Position numbers and translations under genes: made by a program
Shown: piece after piece, positions 52,620 to 62,052 of the stretch
Layout of the letters: every line of letters begins with the position of its first letter
Numbering within the stretch: the first letter of the stretch is position 1
From: an uncultured Bacillota bacterium
Lineage (GTDB): Bacteria; Bacillota; DTU025; MWDF01
Length of the DNA: 64,000 nt
NCBI GenBank assembly: GCA_963823655.1
Contig: CAWGMK010000010.1
Location: forward strand, 192,001 to 256,000
Reading direction: 5' to 3'
The notes under the pieces: model-generated
Told to the model about the DNA's origin: nothing
Seen by the model: the letters and a program-made list of their open reading frames with translations, nothing else
Databases searched by the model: none

Positions 52620-54347
52620 ATGAACAGGCAAATCAGAAGGGCCGCGATGGTATTCATGGTCGTGGCGGTCCTGGCGCTCTCGTTCATATCGGTCAACGCA
52701 GCCACCAAGAACCAGGAAGTAAGAGGCTCCAACGGAATGGTGGCGGCTGCCAGCCCATACGCTGCGGCGGCGGGCGTCGAGATCCTTAAGAAGGGCGGCA
52801 ATGCCGTGGACGCGGCAGTCGCAACGGCATTCGCAATCAGCGTCGTGGAACCTAATGCATCAGGCCTCGGCGGCGAGGGTTACGTAGTCGTATACCTTGC
52901 CAAGGAGAAGAAGGCGGTGGCGATAGACTACAGATCAGCCGCCCCCAAGCTTACAGCAGAGAAATACACGGGCAAGAGCTTCTCCGGCGTCAAGGGTTGG
53001 GACCTCGTCGCGACCCCCGGATACGTGCTCGGCCTTTGCACCCTGCAGGAGAAGTACGGAACCCTCTCCTTGCCCGAAGTCATGTGGCCCGCGATAAGGC
53101 TGGCCGAGAAGGGCTTCGCGATCACTGCGTACCTCGCACAGTCAATAACCGACAGCCTTGCGGTCATCTCGGCGAATGCCGACTTGTCCAAGGTTTACCT
53201 CGATCCCATGGGCCTTCCCAAAGAACAGGGCCAGATCCTGACCAACCCCGACCTCGCCAAGTCCTTGAGGCTTATCGCGGTTAAGGGTCCGGACGTGTTC
53301 TACCACGGAGAGCTGTCATATGCAATAGAGCAGGCATCCATCGCCCAGGGTGGACTTCTCAGAAGGTCCGACCTGGAGGCATACAAGGTATATGAGAGGG
53401 AGCCCATGAGCGGAAGCTACAGGGGCAACCACTTCTATACCGCACCTCCGCCGGTCGGTGGCATCATATTGAGCGAAGCCCTCTCGATAATGGAGAACTT
53501 CGACCTTTCGGCGAAGCCTCTGCTGGATCCCTACAACATCCACATAATGGCTGAGGCCCTCAAGAGGTCGTTCGCCGACCATTACCAGTACTGCGGCGAC
53601 CCCGCTTTCGTAAACGTGCCGCTTAAAGAGCTGGTAAACAAGGACTACGCCAAGTTCCGTTCATGGACGATCAACCCCGCCATGATGACACCGCTTAAGG
53701 AGATCGTCTACGGCGATCCGATGCAGTTCTCCAACATCACCGAGTACGCCCTGACCGATCCCGGCTACGAGTCGGCCAGCACCACCCACATCTCGGTCAT
53801 GGACAAGGACCGCAACGCGGTGGCCCTGACCCAGACGCTAAGCAGCTTCTTCGGCGCCGGCGTCACGGTTCCCGGAACGGGCATCATCCTCAACAATGAG
53901 AACGCGAACTTCGCCATAGCTCCGAACATCAACTCCATAGCCCCGAACAAGCGCATGAGGACAACCATTGTTCCGACTATCATGGTCGACGCGAACGACA
54001 TGCCCATCCTATCGGTAGGCACCCCCGGAGCCGGGCGCATAGCCCCGTCGCTCACGCAGATCATACACGCGATAGTCGACCAGAAGATGGGCCTGCAGGA
54101 GGCCATCGAGGCTCCGCGCTTCTATGTTGTCAACTCCAACGTGAGATTCGAGTACGAGTCGCGCATGCCCGCAGCCACCATTGATGGCCTGAAGGCCAAG
54201 GGCTATACGATCGACCCAACCAAGGATATGCATCCCGAGTACGACCTCTACTTCGGAGGCGCCCAGGGCGTATACTTCGATGCCAAAGCTAACCAGTTCG
54301 TCGGCGCAGCCGACCCCAGGCGCGATGGAGCTGCAATAGGCTTCTAG
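52620..54347 (+). CDS. ggt: Gamma-glutamyltransferase
   Basis: GGNAVDAAVA, SGLGG, IDYR, cleavage site STTHIS, GIILNN, GAADPRR; signal peptide. Confidence 0.93.
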   Translation: MNRQIRRAAMVFMVVAVLALSFISVNAATKNQEVRGSNGMVAAASPYAAAAGVEILKKGGNAVDAAVATAFAISVVEPNASGLGGEGYVVVYLAKEKKAVAIDYRSAAPKLTAEKYTGKSFSGVKGWDLVATPGYVLGLCTLQEKYGTLSLPEVMWPAIRLAEKGFAITAYLAQSITDSLAVISANADLSKVYLDPMGLPKEQGQILTNPDLAKSLRLIAVKGPDVFYHGELSYAIEQASIAQGGLLRRSDLEAYKVYEREPMSGSYRGNHFYTAPPPVGGIILSEALSIMENFDLSAKPLLDPYNIHIMAEALKRSFADHYQYCGDPAFVNVPLKELVNKDYAKFRSWTINPAMMTPLKEIVYGDPMQFSNITEYALTDPGYESASTTHISVMDKDRNAVALTQTLSSFFGAGVTVPGTGIILNNENANFAIAPNINSIAPNKRMRTTIVPTIMVDANDMPILSVGTPGAGRIAPSLTQIIHAIVDQKMGLQEAIEAPRFYVVNSNVRFEYESRMPAATIDGLKAKGYTIDPTKDMHPEYDLYFGGAQGVYFDAKANQFVGAADPRRDGAAIGF

Positions 54348-54369
54348 CCCTGTAAGAAAAGAACAAGCT

Positions 54370-54404
54370 AAAGCGGCCGGGGAGCATCAATTAGGAATGC
54401 TCAC
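54370..54404. terminator. Bidirectional terminator
   Basis: aaagcggccgg-g-gagcat / atgctc-a-ccggccgcttt. Confidence 0.7.
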
Positions 54405-54438
54405 CGGCCGCTTTCAATTCTCTCTTCGGCAAAAACAA

Positions 54439-55575
54439 TCAGGCCAGGTCCTTGGTGTACCATCTGTAGACTTTGGATAGCTTGCCGCCGATTCTCTCTA
54501 TCGCCCTCCTTGAATGAATATTGGTTTCGAGTATCACAGATGCCTCCGCCCTGAATATGCCCTTGGCCGAAGCGTTCTCGACGATTTTGGCATATAGCGC
54601 GGGTATCACGCTCGATCCCCTGTACTCCTTCAGGCAATACTGCATCATAAGCCTTACCCGGGTTATCTTGCGTTTCGCCCTGATCATGTTCAGCCATCCG
54701 AAAGGGAAAAGCCTTCCTCGCATCCTTATCAGGACCTGGTTCCAGTCTGGAAGCGTGACGATGAACGCCGCAAGCTTTCCTGAAGCTTTATCGCGGGCAA
54801 GCCAAACGAGGTCGGGGTCGGCAAGGCGGGCAAGAGGGCCCGCAAGCTTTCTGAACTCGTCCCATGTGGGCGGCTCATTGTACCATTCGCCCGGGAAGGC
54901 CTCAACCATGACTGAGTGGATGTCTTTAAGCTCTTCCTCGAGCCTGCCCATATCAATCTTCGCAGCCGTCACATTCGCCCTTGCAAACGCGGTCTCAGAG
55001 CCTCTTGCCAGGCTCTGCATGGGTATCCTGTCCGTGCTTAGGTCATAGCCTACGAAATCGGCGAGCTTCGTATAGCCCATTCTTTCCAGGCTATCCTTAT
55101 ACCATGCCTTGTTATAGGAGTTTAGCAGCACAGGAGGGTCGTCGAAGCCTTCGGCCAGAAGGCCTATGCCCTCCTCCCCATTGGAGGGGGACCAGGGTCC
55201 TATCAGCCTTTTAAGTCCCAGGCCCTTTGCCCAGTCCTCGGCCGCTGCCATTATTGCGCAAAAAGCCTCATCGTCCTCGGCTTCGGGCAGGCTGAAGGTG
55301 GCGACGGGAACGCCCTGCTTGATTGAAAGGGAATCATTCTTCGCTACCATTACGCGCGAGACCATCCTGGCTCCTCTGAAGCCGGCAAGGTACGCATGGG
55401 TAGATTCCGCGATGAACTTGTTGCCGATTCCCCTAAGGGATTTGGCCTGGTCCGATACCAATGGCGCCACCCAATTGCCATCTCCCCGATACAGCCTGAA
55501 GGGGAGGTTTATGAATCCCTTAAGGGAATCTGCAGGCAGCTGCCTTACCGCGATGTCTGTTGTCCGCTGCAACAT
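54439..55575 (-). CDS. Tandem-GNAT acyltransferase, YghO/bacterial ceramide synthase-like (paralog 1)
   Basis: FINLPFRLY.GD.NWVAPL, GPWSP...GLLAEGFDDPP..NSYN..WY, PDWNQVL, KVYRWYTKDL. Confidence 0.75.
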   Translation of the reverse strand: MLQRTTDIAVRQLPADSLKGFINLPFRLYRGDGNWVAPLVSDQAKSLRGIGNKFIAESTHAYLAGFRGARMVSRVMVAKNDSLSIKQGVPVATFSLPEAEDDEAFCAIMAAAEDWAKGLGLKRLIGPWSPSNGEEGIGLLAEGFDDPPVLLNSYNKAWYKDSLERMGYTKLADFVGYDLSTDRIPMQSLARGSETAFARANVTAAKIDMGRLEEELKDIHSVMVEAFPGEWYNEPPTWDEFRKLAGPLARLADPDLVWLARDKASGKLAAFIVTLPDWNQVLIRMRGRLFPFGWLNMIRAKRKITRVRLMMQYCLKEYRGSSVIPALYAKIVENASAKGIFRAEASVILETNIHSRRAIERIGGKLSKVYRWYTKDLA

Positions 55576-55590
55576 AAAAGCCTCACATTC

Positions 55591-56709
55591 TTAATCCAGT
55601 TCCTTCTGATACCATCTGTATGTGCGAAACAGCTTGCCGCCGACGTCTTCGACAGGCTTCCTGGACGGCATGTTGTCATCTCTGATCGTGCCCGCCTCCC
55701 AGTACTCGTAACCGCCTTCGACCACCTTGTCGCGAAGCTTTGCGTAAAGGACAGGAAGGATACCGGATCCTCGGTACTCAGGAATGCAGAATTGCATGAA
55801 CACCCGCACTCCCTTAATCCGTTTCTTGGCCCCTATTGCGTGTACCCAGCCGAAGGGGAAGACTCTTCCGCGTATCTTCTTTAGAACTTCGCTCCAGTTC
55901 GGCATGGCCGCGACGAAGGCCACAGGGCTATTGTCTGACTGTTTCCTGGCAATCAGGATGAGGTTGTCGTCGGCCATCTTGGCGAGCCTTTCGGCCTCCG
56001 GCAGGAACTGCTCCCAGGTCGGGGAAGGGAGGTCGGGATTGTCGCCCACTGCCGCCAGCATCACGGTATGAAGGTCCTTGATGTCCTTCATCAGGTCTTT
56101 CCTGTTGAAAGTGGAGATTACCGTCCTCGTCCTTTTGAACGCTATTTCCAGCAGCCGCTGTACCCTTTCGTCCCCTGTGGGGTATTTGACCAGCCTGTAT
56201 GAGATGAAGTCGACAAGCTTCGAATACCCGTTTGCCTCGAAGACGTCCTTGTACCATTGCTTGTTGTATGGCCCCATAAGAGACGGGGGGCCCTCGAACC
56301 CCTCGATTAGAAGGCCCTTATCGTCGTCGGTGTCGGTAGGGGACCACGGCCCTATCATGCCTGAAAGCCCCATCTTCCGCGCCCAGCCTTCAGCAGCCTT
56401 TATAAGCTGCTCCAACACCTCGGGCGAATCCGCCTCAGGAAGCGAAAAGTAGGCCTTTCCTGCCGCATCCTTTCGCATGCCCTCATACTTGCCGACCAGT
56501 ATCCTTCCGCAGGCCGCGCCGTCCCTGTATGCCATGAGGAAGGAGTGCTCCGTGGCTCGCATGAAGTGGCTTCCGCCCCCAAGGAGCTTGACCTGGTCTT
56601 TAATGAGCGGCGCCACCCAGTAGGCGTCCCCTTTATAAAGCCTGAACGGGAGCATCACGAACTCTCTGAGCTGTCCAGCGCCTACTTCCTTGATTTCAAC
56701 GCTGCTCAT
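55591..56709 (-). CDS. Tandem-GNAT acyltransferase, YghO/bacterial ceramide synthase-like (paralog 2)
   Basis: FVMLPFRLYKGDAYWVAPL, GLLIEGFEGPP..GPYN, PEYRGSG, RTYRWYQKEL. Confidence 0.75.
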   Translation of the reverse strand: MSSVEIKEVGAGQLREFVMLPFRLYKGDAYWVAPLIKDQVKLLGGGSHFMRATEHSFLMAYRDGAACGRILVGKYEGMRKDAAGKAYFSLPEADSPEVLEQLIKAAEGWARKMGLSGMIGPWSPTDTDDDKGLLIEGFEGPPSLMGPYNKQWYKDVFEANGYSKLVDFISYRLVKYPTGDERVQRLLEIAFKRTRTVISTFNRKDLMKDIKDLHTVMLAAVGDNPDLPSPTWEQFLPEAERLAKMADDNLILIARKQSDNSPVAFVAAMPNWSEVLKKIRGRVFPFGWVHAIGAKKRIKGVRVFMQFCIPEYRGSGILPVLYAKLRDKVVEGGYEYWEAGTIRDDNMPSRKPVEDVGGKLFRTYRWYQKELD

Positions 56710-58041
56710 TTCCTCGCCTCCGGGGCGCCTTCGAGCCCTGCTCTGCCTATCCTGAAGCCCCTGGCCACCATTATGCCAAGTATGGTCAGTATTGCGGGCA
56801 CAACGGCTACTAGCATCTTCAGCGCCGTTATAGTGCCCGGCGTCTGTACGGCGGCGTTCGCATCATAGCCCACTATGTCGAGGACAACTCCGAGCCCGAA
56901 TATGGCAAGGGCAGAGGCCGTCTTCTGCACGAAAGTCACGACCCCGTTCCATATGCCCTCGGATGCGGCGACCCCGGAGGATATGCCTGCGTCTATGGCC
57001 TCCGGCACGATTGCCGCCGGCATCAGCTGCAGCGCCGAGACCCCGATGCCTATCAGCACCGCCACCGGCAGAAGGATCGTGCTGACTACGGACTTGGGCA
57101 GAAGCAGGCTCAGGATGACTATGCTGAATATGCCAAGGCCGAGTATGTAGGCGCGCCGCTTGTCCAGCCTCTTGGAGACGTAGTTCCAAAGCGGAAGCGA
57201 GAGCGTCGCCACTACCATCATCACGCCCATGGTCAGCTCGAAAGCCGAGGGGTTCTCAAGGTAGTACTTGAAATAGTAGAGCATCGCCGCCATGAGGAAT
57301 TTTATCGGCAGCCAGGCGAAGATATACATCAGTACAGCCTGACGGAAGGGCTTGAACTTTAGCGATTCCAGGAGGCTGTTGAGGAAAGGTTTATCGTCCG
57401 TGACCTTCTGCCTCTCCTTGCCCGCGAAGATGACGAATATGGGGAATATCATGATGGAAAGGCCTATTATCCAGCCCATGGCGGAGTAGCCCGACCTTAT
57501 GTCAGGAAGGGCGTCTACAAGCATCTTGGGCAGGATTGTGGCCGGAAGAGACAGGCCGATGTTGAATATCATGCGCCACATGGCAAGCGAGGTCCGCTCG
57601 TCGTAATCGTTGGTAAGCTCCATCCCCAGCGTAGTGTAGGGGACCATGAAGGATGTAATCATGAATATGTATAGCATATAGAAGATCGACGAATACGCGA
57701 AAGTGGCGGCCTGCCCCAGGCCCTGAGGAACGCTCCATATGAGCGCAAAAGAGATGCCAAGGGGAATCGCCGAGCCCAGGACCCAAATCCTGCGCCTGCC
57801 GAACCTGTTGTTGCTCCTGTCGGACAGCCAGCCCACGAACGGGTCGGTTATAGCGTCCCAGAAGTTGCCCATAAGCACGACTGCGCCCGCAAGCGATGGC
57901 CTTATGCCCACTACGTCCGTCAAGAAAGAACATGAAGAAGAAACCGATTGTCGTATTGGCCAGCGTATTCGAGCTTTCGCCCGCGCCGTAGAATATCCTC
58001 TGAAGGGTAGTAAGCTGCGCCTTGCCTTTCAATTGGGACAT
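56706..58041 (-). CDS. MFS transporter, GPH/MelB family (paralog 1); frameshift near 57926
   Basis: FFLTDVVG, WDAITDPFVGWLSDR..RFGRRR, ELTNDYDERT, DKR. Confidence 0.88.
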
Positions 58042-58214
58042 TTGTCCACCTCCCGAGGGGCAATTCACCCCTCTGCCAAATTTAATTATACCTTGAAGGG
58101 GGGATGTGAGCATAAAATCAAAGCTGAAGGACCTGAAGGCGTTTTAACGAAGCGCTGCAAGAGGGCTATTGAGCCGATTGCCTAGATTCGACCATCTGCA
58201 GGAGGTGTCCAACT

Positions 58215-58650
58215 GTGGTAAGGCTGATGGAGGTTACGAGCGAAAACCATGGCAAGATCGTAAAGCTGGTGGTAGGTGAGCAACAGGCCGCATTTGTGGC
58301 CACAAACGCCTTCTACCTTGCACAGGCAAGCAATGATGGGAATTGCCGGCCCTTTGGCATATATGATGCGAGATGTCCTCGTCGGCTTTTGCATGTACCG
58401 CCTGGATGAGCAGGATGGTCAATACTGGATAGACCAGCTGATGATAGATAAGCAGCATCAATCGCGCGGCTTCGGCAGGGCGGCGCTTGAGCTCTTGCTG
58501 GGCCTGATAAAAGCGGACAGGGCGCATGACAGGGTATTTCTCAGTTTCGAACCTGAGAACGAGTGGGCGAAATCGCTGTACGAGAGCATAGGTTTCGTAT
58601 GGGATGGGAGGATGGCCGAAGAGGACCTTGTCTACAGGCTCGACTATTAG
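58215..58650 (+). CDS. GNAT N-acetyltransferase (diamine acetyltransferase-like); frameshift near 58370
   Basis: FVATN, LMIDKQHQSRGFG, PENEWAKSLYESIGF. Confidence 0.8.
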
Positions 58651-58784
58651 ATTACTGTGCCAAATAGGTTTGCTAATACTAGCGGACAGATTTTTGCTTC
58701 TAGTGTAGAATCAAATCAGTCAGGGACGCCGGCAGGGCAAAGTGAACAGTTTATTTACGGGAAAGCCCGGCATGAGGTGTACCG

Positions 58785-59426
58785 ATGAGAGTATCCGCCA
58801 TAGTAGCGGCTTTTAATGAAGGACCCAGGGTTGCCGATGTCGTCCGCGTTCTTAAAAGGTGCAGCGGAGTGGACGATGTCGTTGTTGTCGACGACGGATC
58901 CGAAGACTACACGACGGCAGCGGCGCTGGCAGCAGGCGCCAGGGTGATTACCCTTCCTCATAACCTGGGCAAAGGCGGGGCCGTGGCCAAAGGGCTGGAG
59001 GCCACCGACGGTGAGATAATCCTCCTTATAGATGCAGACCTGATAGGCCTTTCAAGTAAACACATTGGCGACCTTCTCAAGCCTGTTCGCGAAGGCAGCG
59101 CGGATATGACAATAGGCCTTTTCCGCGGGGGCAGGCTGTCCACATACTTCTCGAACTGGATCGCCAAGCCCTTCACCGGCCAGCGCGCCTTCAAAAGGAG
59201 CCTTGTGGACCCCAAGGAGCTGGAAAAGACCAGGTATGGCCTCGAAACCATACTGACGCAGATATCAAAGGAAAAGGGCATTATCGTAACGCGGATCTGC
59301 CTTGATGACATTACCCAGGTGACCAAAGAGGAGAAGATGGGCTTCTCCAAGGGAAGCCGCCTGAGGATGACGATGTACTCCGAAGTGATAAGGCAGTTCT
59401 TCAGAAGGTTCTTCATGGCAAGGTAA
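58785..59426 (+). CDS. Glycosyltransferase family 2
   Basis: AFNE, VVDDGSED, NLGKGGA, DAD, GQRA. Confidence 0.88.
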   Translation: MRVSAIVAAFNEGPRVADVVRVLKRCSGVDDVVVVDDGSEDYTTAAALAAGARVITLPHNLGKGGAVAKGLEATDGEIILLIDADLIGLSSKHIGDLLKPVREGSADMTIGLFRGGRLSTYFSNWIAKPFTGQRAFKRSLVDPKELEKTRYGLETILTQISKEKGIIVTRICLDDITQVTKEEKMGFSKGSRLRMTMYSEVIRQFFRRFFMAR

Positions 59427-59454
59427 TCATCAGCCAGTGGGGGCATTAGAGTTT

Positions 59455-59491
59455 GAAGGCCGGGGCAATCTGATTGATTGCCCCGGCTTTC
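59455..59491. terminator. Bidirectional terminator
   Basis: gaaggccggggcaatc / gattgccccggctttc. Confidence 0.7.
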
Positions 59492-59519
59492 GCAAATTTC
59501 GGCACCTTCTAACGATGCT

Positions 59520-60638
59520 CTACTGAAGCGGCTTCCTGTACCACCTGTAGGTCCTGTAATGCTTGCCGCCAATGGCCTCGATCGGCCTTCTGGATTGGTA
59601 GTTGTCATCCTTGATGATGCCGGCTTCACCGTATTCGTATCCGGCCGCAAGGGCCACTTCAAAGATCTTTGCGTAGAGCACCGACATGATGCCTGATCCT
59701 CTGTACTCAGGTACGCAAAACTGCATCAAAGCCCTCATGCCCTTGATGCGCCTCTTGGCCCCGATCGCGTGGATCCAGCCTATAGGGAAGAGCCTGCCGC
59801 GCATCTTAATGAGCACTTCGCTCCAGTTGGGCATGCAGACGACGAAGGCGGCCGGTTTGCCGTCCTCCTGTTTGCGTGCAATCCAGATTAGCCTTTCATC
59901 TGCCAGCTTTGAAAGCCGCCTCGCCTCTGCAAGGAACTGCTCCCAGGTGGGGTTGGGAAATTCGGGGTCCGCCGCGGCGCATATCCTGACGATCTCGTGC
60001 ATGTCGCGGAAATCTTCCATCGGTTCCTTGGAATTAAGGTGTGAAACCCGCATCCGGCTTCTCTTTAGGGCAAATTCAAGGGCCCGGCTTATCCTTTCAT
60101 CTACTTTTCGCTCCTCGGTCAGCAGGAAAGTGTAAAGGTCCATACCCTTCACATAGCCAAGCTTTTCGATCTCGTCTGCGTACCACTTGAAGTTGTACGT
60201 CCCCATAAGGGTAGGGGGCCCCTCGAAGCCTTCAATGAGGAAGCATCGGTCATCCTCGCCGTCCGTGGGCGACCAGGGGCCGGTTACCTCCAATAGGCCT
60301 CTTTCGCGGGCCCAGCCCTCCACCGCGTCCATGATGGCCTTGAAGGCTTCAGGGTCCGATGCCTCCGGAAGCGAGAAGTAGCAGGAACCCTCCATGTACT
60401 CCTTCATTCCCTTGTACTTGCCCACGATGGCCCTTGCGCATGGCCTTCCATCCCTGTAGGCCATGAGGAAGGCATGCTCGGTGCTTTTTAAAAATCCGCT
60501 GCCGCCTCTTAGCATTTTAAGCTGGTCTTTTATCAGAGGCGCCACCCAATTCGGATCATTTCTATAAAGGCCGAAAGGCAGCATGACAAAGGGCTTGAGG
60601 CCGCTTTCATCCAGGCGCCTTATAGTCACCTCGCTCAT
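59520..60638 (-). CDS. Tandem-GNAT acyltransferase, YghO/bacterial ceramide synthase-like (paralog 3)
   Basis: FVMLPFGLYRNDPNWVAPL, FLIEGFEGPP..GTYN, PEYRGSG, HYRTYRWYRKPL. Confidence 0.75.
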   Translation of the reverse strand: MSEVTIRRLDESGLKPFVMLPFGLYRNDPNWVAPLIKDQLKMLRGGSGFLKSTEHAFLMAYRDGRPCARAIVGKYKGMKEYMEGSCYFSLPEASDPEAFKAIMDAVEGWARERGLLEVTGPWSPTDGEDDRCFLIEGFEGPPTLMGTYNFKWYADEIEKLGYVKGMDLYTFLLTEERKVDERISRALEFALKRSRMRVSHLNSKEPMEDFRDMHEIVRICAAADPEFPNPTWEQFLAEARRLSKLADERLIWIARKQEDGKPAAFVVCMPNWSEVLIKMRGRLFPIGWIHAIGAKRRIKGMRALMQFCVPEYRGSGIMSVLYAKIFEVALAAGYEYGEAGIIKDDNYQSRRPIEAIGGKHYRTYRWYRKPLQ

Positions 60639-61972
60639 TCCAGCGCCTCCTTGAGCTTTTTCGCCTCGTCCCGCCCGATTCTAAACGTAAAGGCTACGAT
60701 AACGCCAATGAGCATGAATACCGCGGGCGCGATGCTGACCAGGAACACTATCGCGAATATTGCGCTTGGAGACTGCTTTTCAAGCCCTGGCACATAACCC
60801 GACAGGTCCAATATCGCGCCCATCGCAAGAGCCGCAAGCGCCGCCGACATCTTGTGCACGAATGTGATTATACCGTTCCAGACTCCGTCGGACGCCGTAT
60901 GTCCGGCTGCCCTGCCAGCGTCGATGACTTCGGGCACTATCGCCACAGGCATGATATGCAAGGCCGATATCCCAAGGCCCATGACGAAGGAGAACGGCAG
61001 CAGCAGCTTCGATACGATGCCGGCCGGAAGCAGCAGCACAAGGATCAGGACGGCGGAGGTAGTGATGCCGATGATGTACGCCTTGCGCTTGTCGAGCCTC
61101 CTTGCCACCGCGTCCCAGAAGAACAGGGCCGCAACGCTTGTAACCATCATGATGCCCATCGAAATCTCGAAGGCTTCGGCCTTGAGCAGGTAGTAGGTGA
61201 AGTAGTAGAGGATGGTTGCCATCAGGAGCCTTAACGGGAGCATCGCGCATACATACATGTAGATGGCCTGCCTGAAAGGCGCGAATTTGAAGGCGCTTTT
61301 CAGGCTTTGGAAAAACGGTATGGCTTCTGCCTTGCCCCTCTTCTCCTTGCCTGCGAACACCACAAGGGCCGCAAGCGGGATCATACAAAGCCCCAGTATC
61401 CACCCCATGGCGAAATAGCCGCTCCTGGCGTCGGGCATGGCGTCTATCAGAAGCTTGGGAAGCACTGTAGCGGGCAGAGCCAAGCCGATGCTGAAGACCA
61501 TTCGCCACATGGCAAGCTGGTTTCTTTCGTCGTAATCGTTGCTAAGCTCCATTGCCAGCGTCGTGTAGGGAACCATGTAAGAGGTAATCATGAATATGAA
61601 GAACATGAAGAAGAAGGTGGCATAGGCGAAAGTGGCCCATTGGCCAAGGCCCGCCGGCACCTTCCAGATAAGCGCAAAGGAGAGGGCGAAGGGCAGCGTC
61701 GATCCCAGTATCCATATCCTTCTGCGCCCGAACCTATTGTCGCTCCTGTCGGAAAGCCAGCCGACAAACGGATCGGTCACGGCGTCCCATATGTTTCCCA
61801 GGAACACTACTGCGCCTGCAAGAGAGGGCCTGAGGCCAACTACATCGGTCAGGAAGAAGAGGTAGAACATGCCCACGGCAGTGGTTGCAAAAGTGGAGGC
61901 GCCCTCCCCGCAGCCGTAGAAGAATTTCTGGAAGCCCGTCATCTTTGTTTTCTTGGCGGCAAATTCGTCCAT
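60635..61972 (-). CDS. MFS transporter, GPH/MelB family (paralog 2)
   Basis: FFLTDVVG, WDAVTDPFVGWLSDR..RFGRRR, ELSNDYDERN. Confidence 0.9.
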   Translation of the reverse strand: MDEFAAKKTKMTGFQKFFYGCGEGASTFATTAVGMFYLFFLTDVVGLRPSLAGAVVFLGNIWDAVTDPFVGWLSDRSDNRFGRRRIWILGSTLPFALSFALIWKVPAGLGQWATFAYATFFFMFFIFMITSYMVPYTTLAMELSNDYDERNQLAMWRMVFSIGLALPATVLPKLLIDAMPDARSGYFAMGWILGLCMIPLAALVVFAGKEKRGKAEAIPFFQSLKSAFKFAPFRQAIYMYVCAMLPLRLLMATILYYFTYYLLKAEAFEISMGIMMVTSVAALFFWDAVARRLDKRKAYIIGITTSAVLILVLLLPAGIVSKLLLPFSFVMGLGISALHIMPVAIVPEVIDAGRAAGHTASDGVWNGIITFVHKMSAALAALAMGAILDLSGYVPGLEKQSPSAIFAIVFLVSIAPAVFMLIGVIVAFTFRIGRDEAKKLKEALE

Positions 61973-62052
61973 GATTACCATCCTTAATACATAATGAATG
62001 CCTGCCCCCCACGGCGCAGCTGTAGGTCACATTTCGGTATTGTCCTTGGTGA

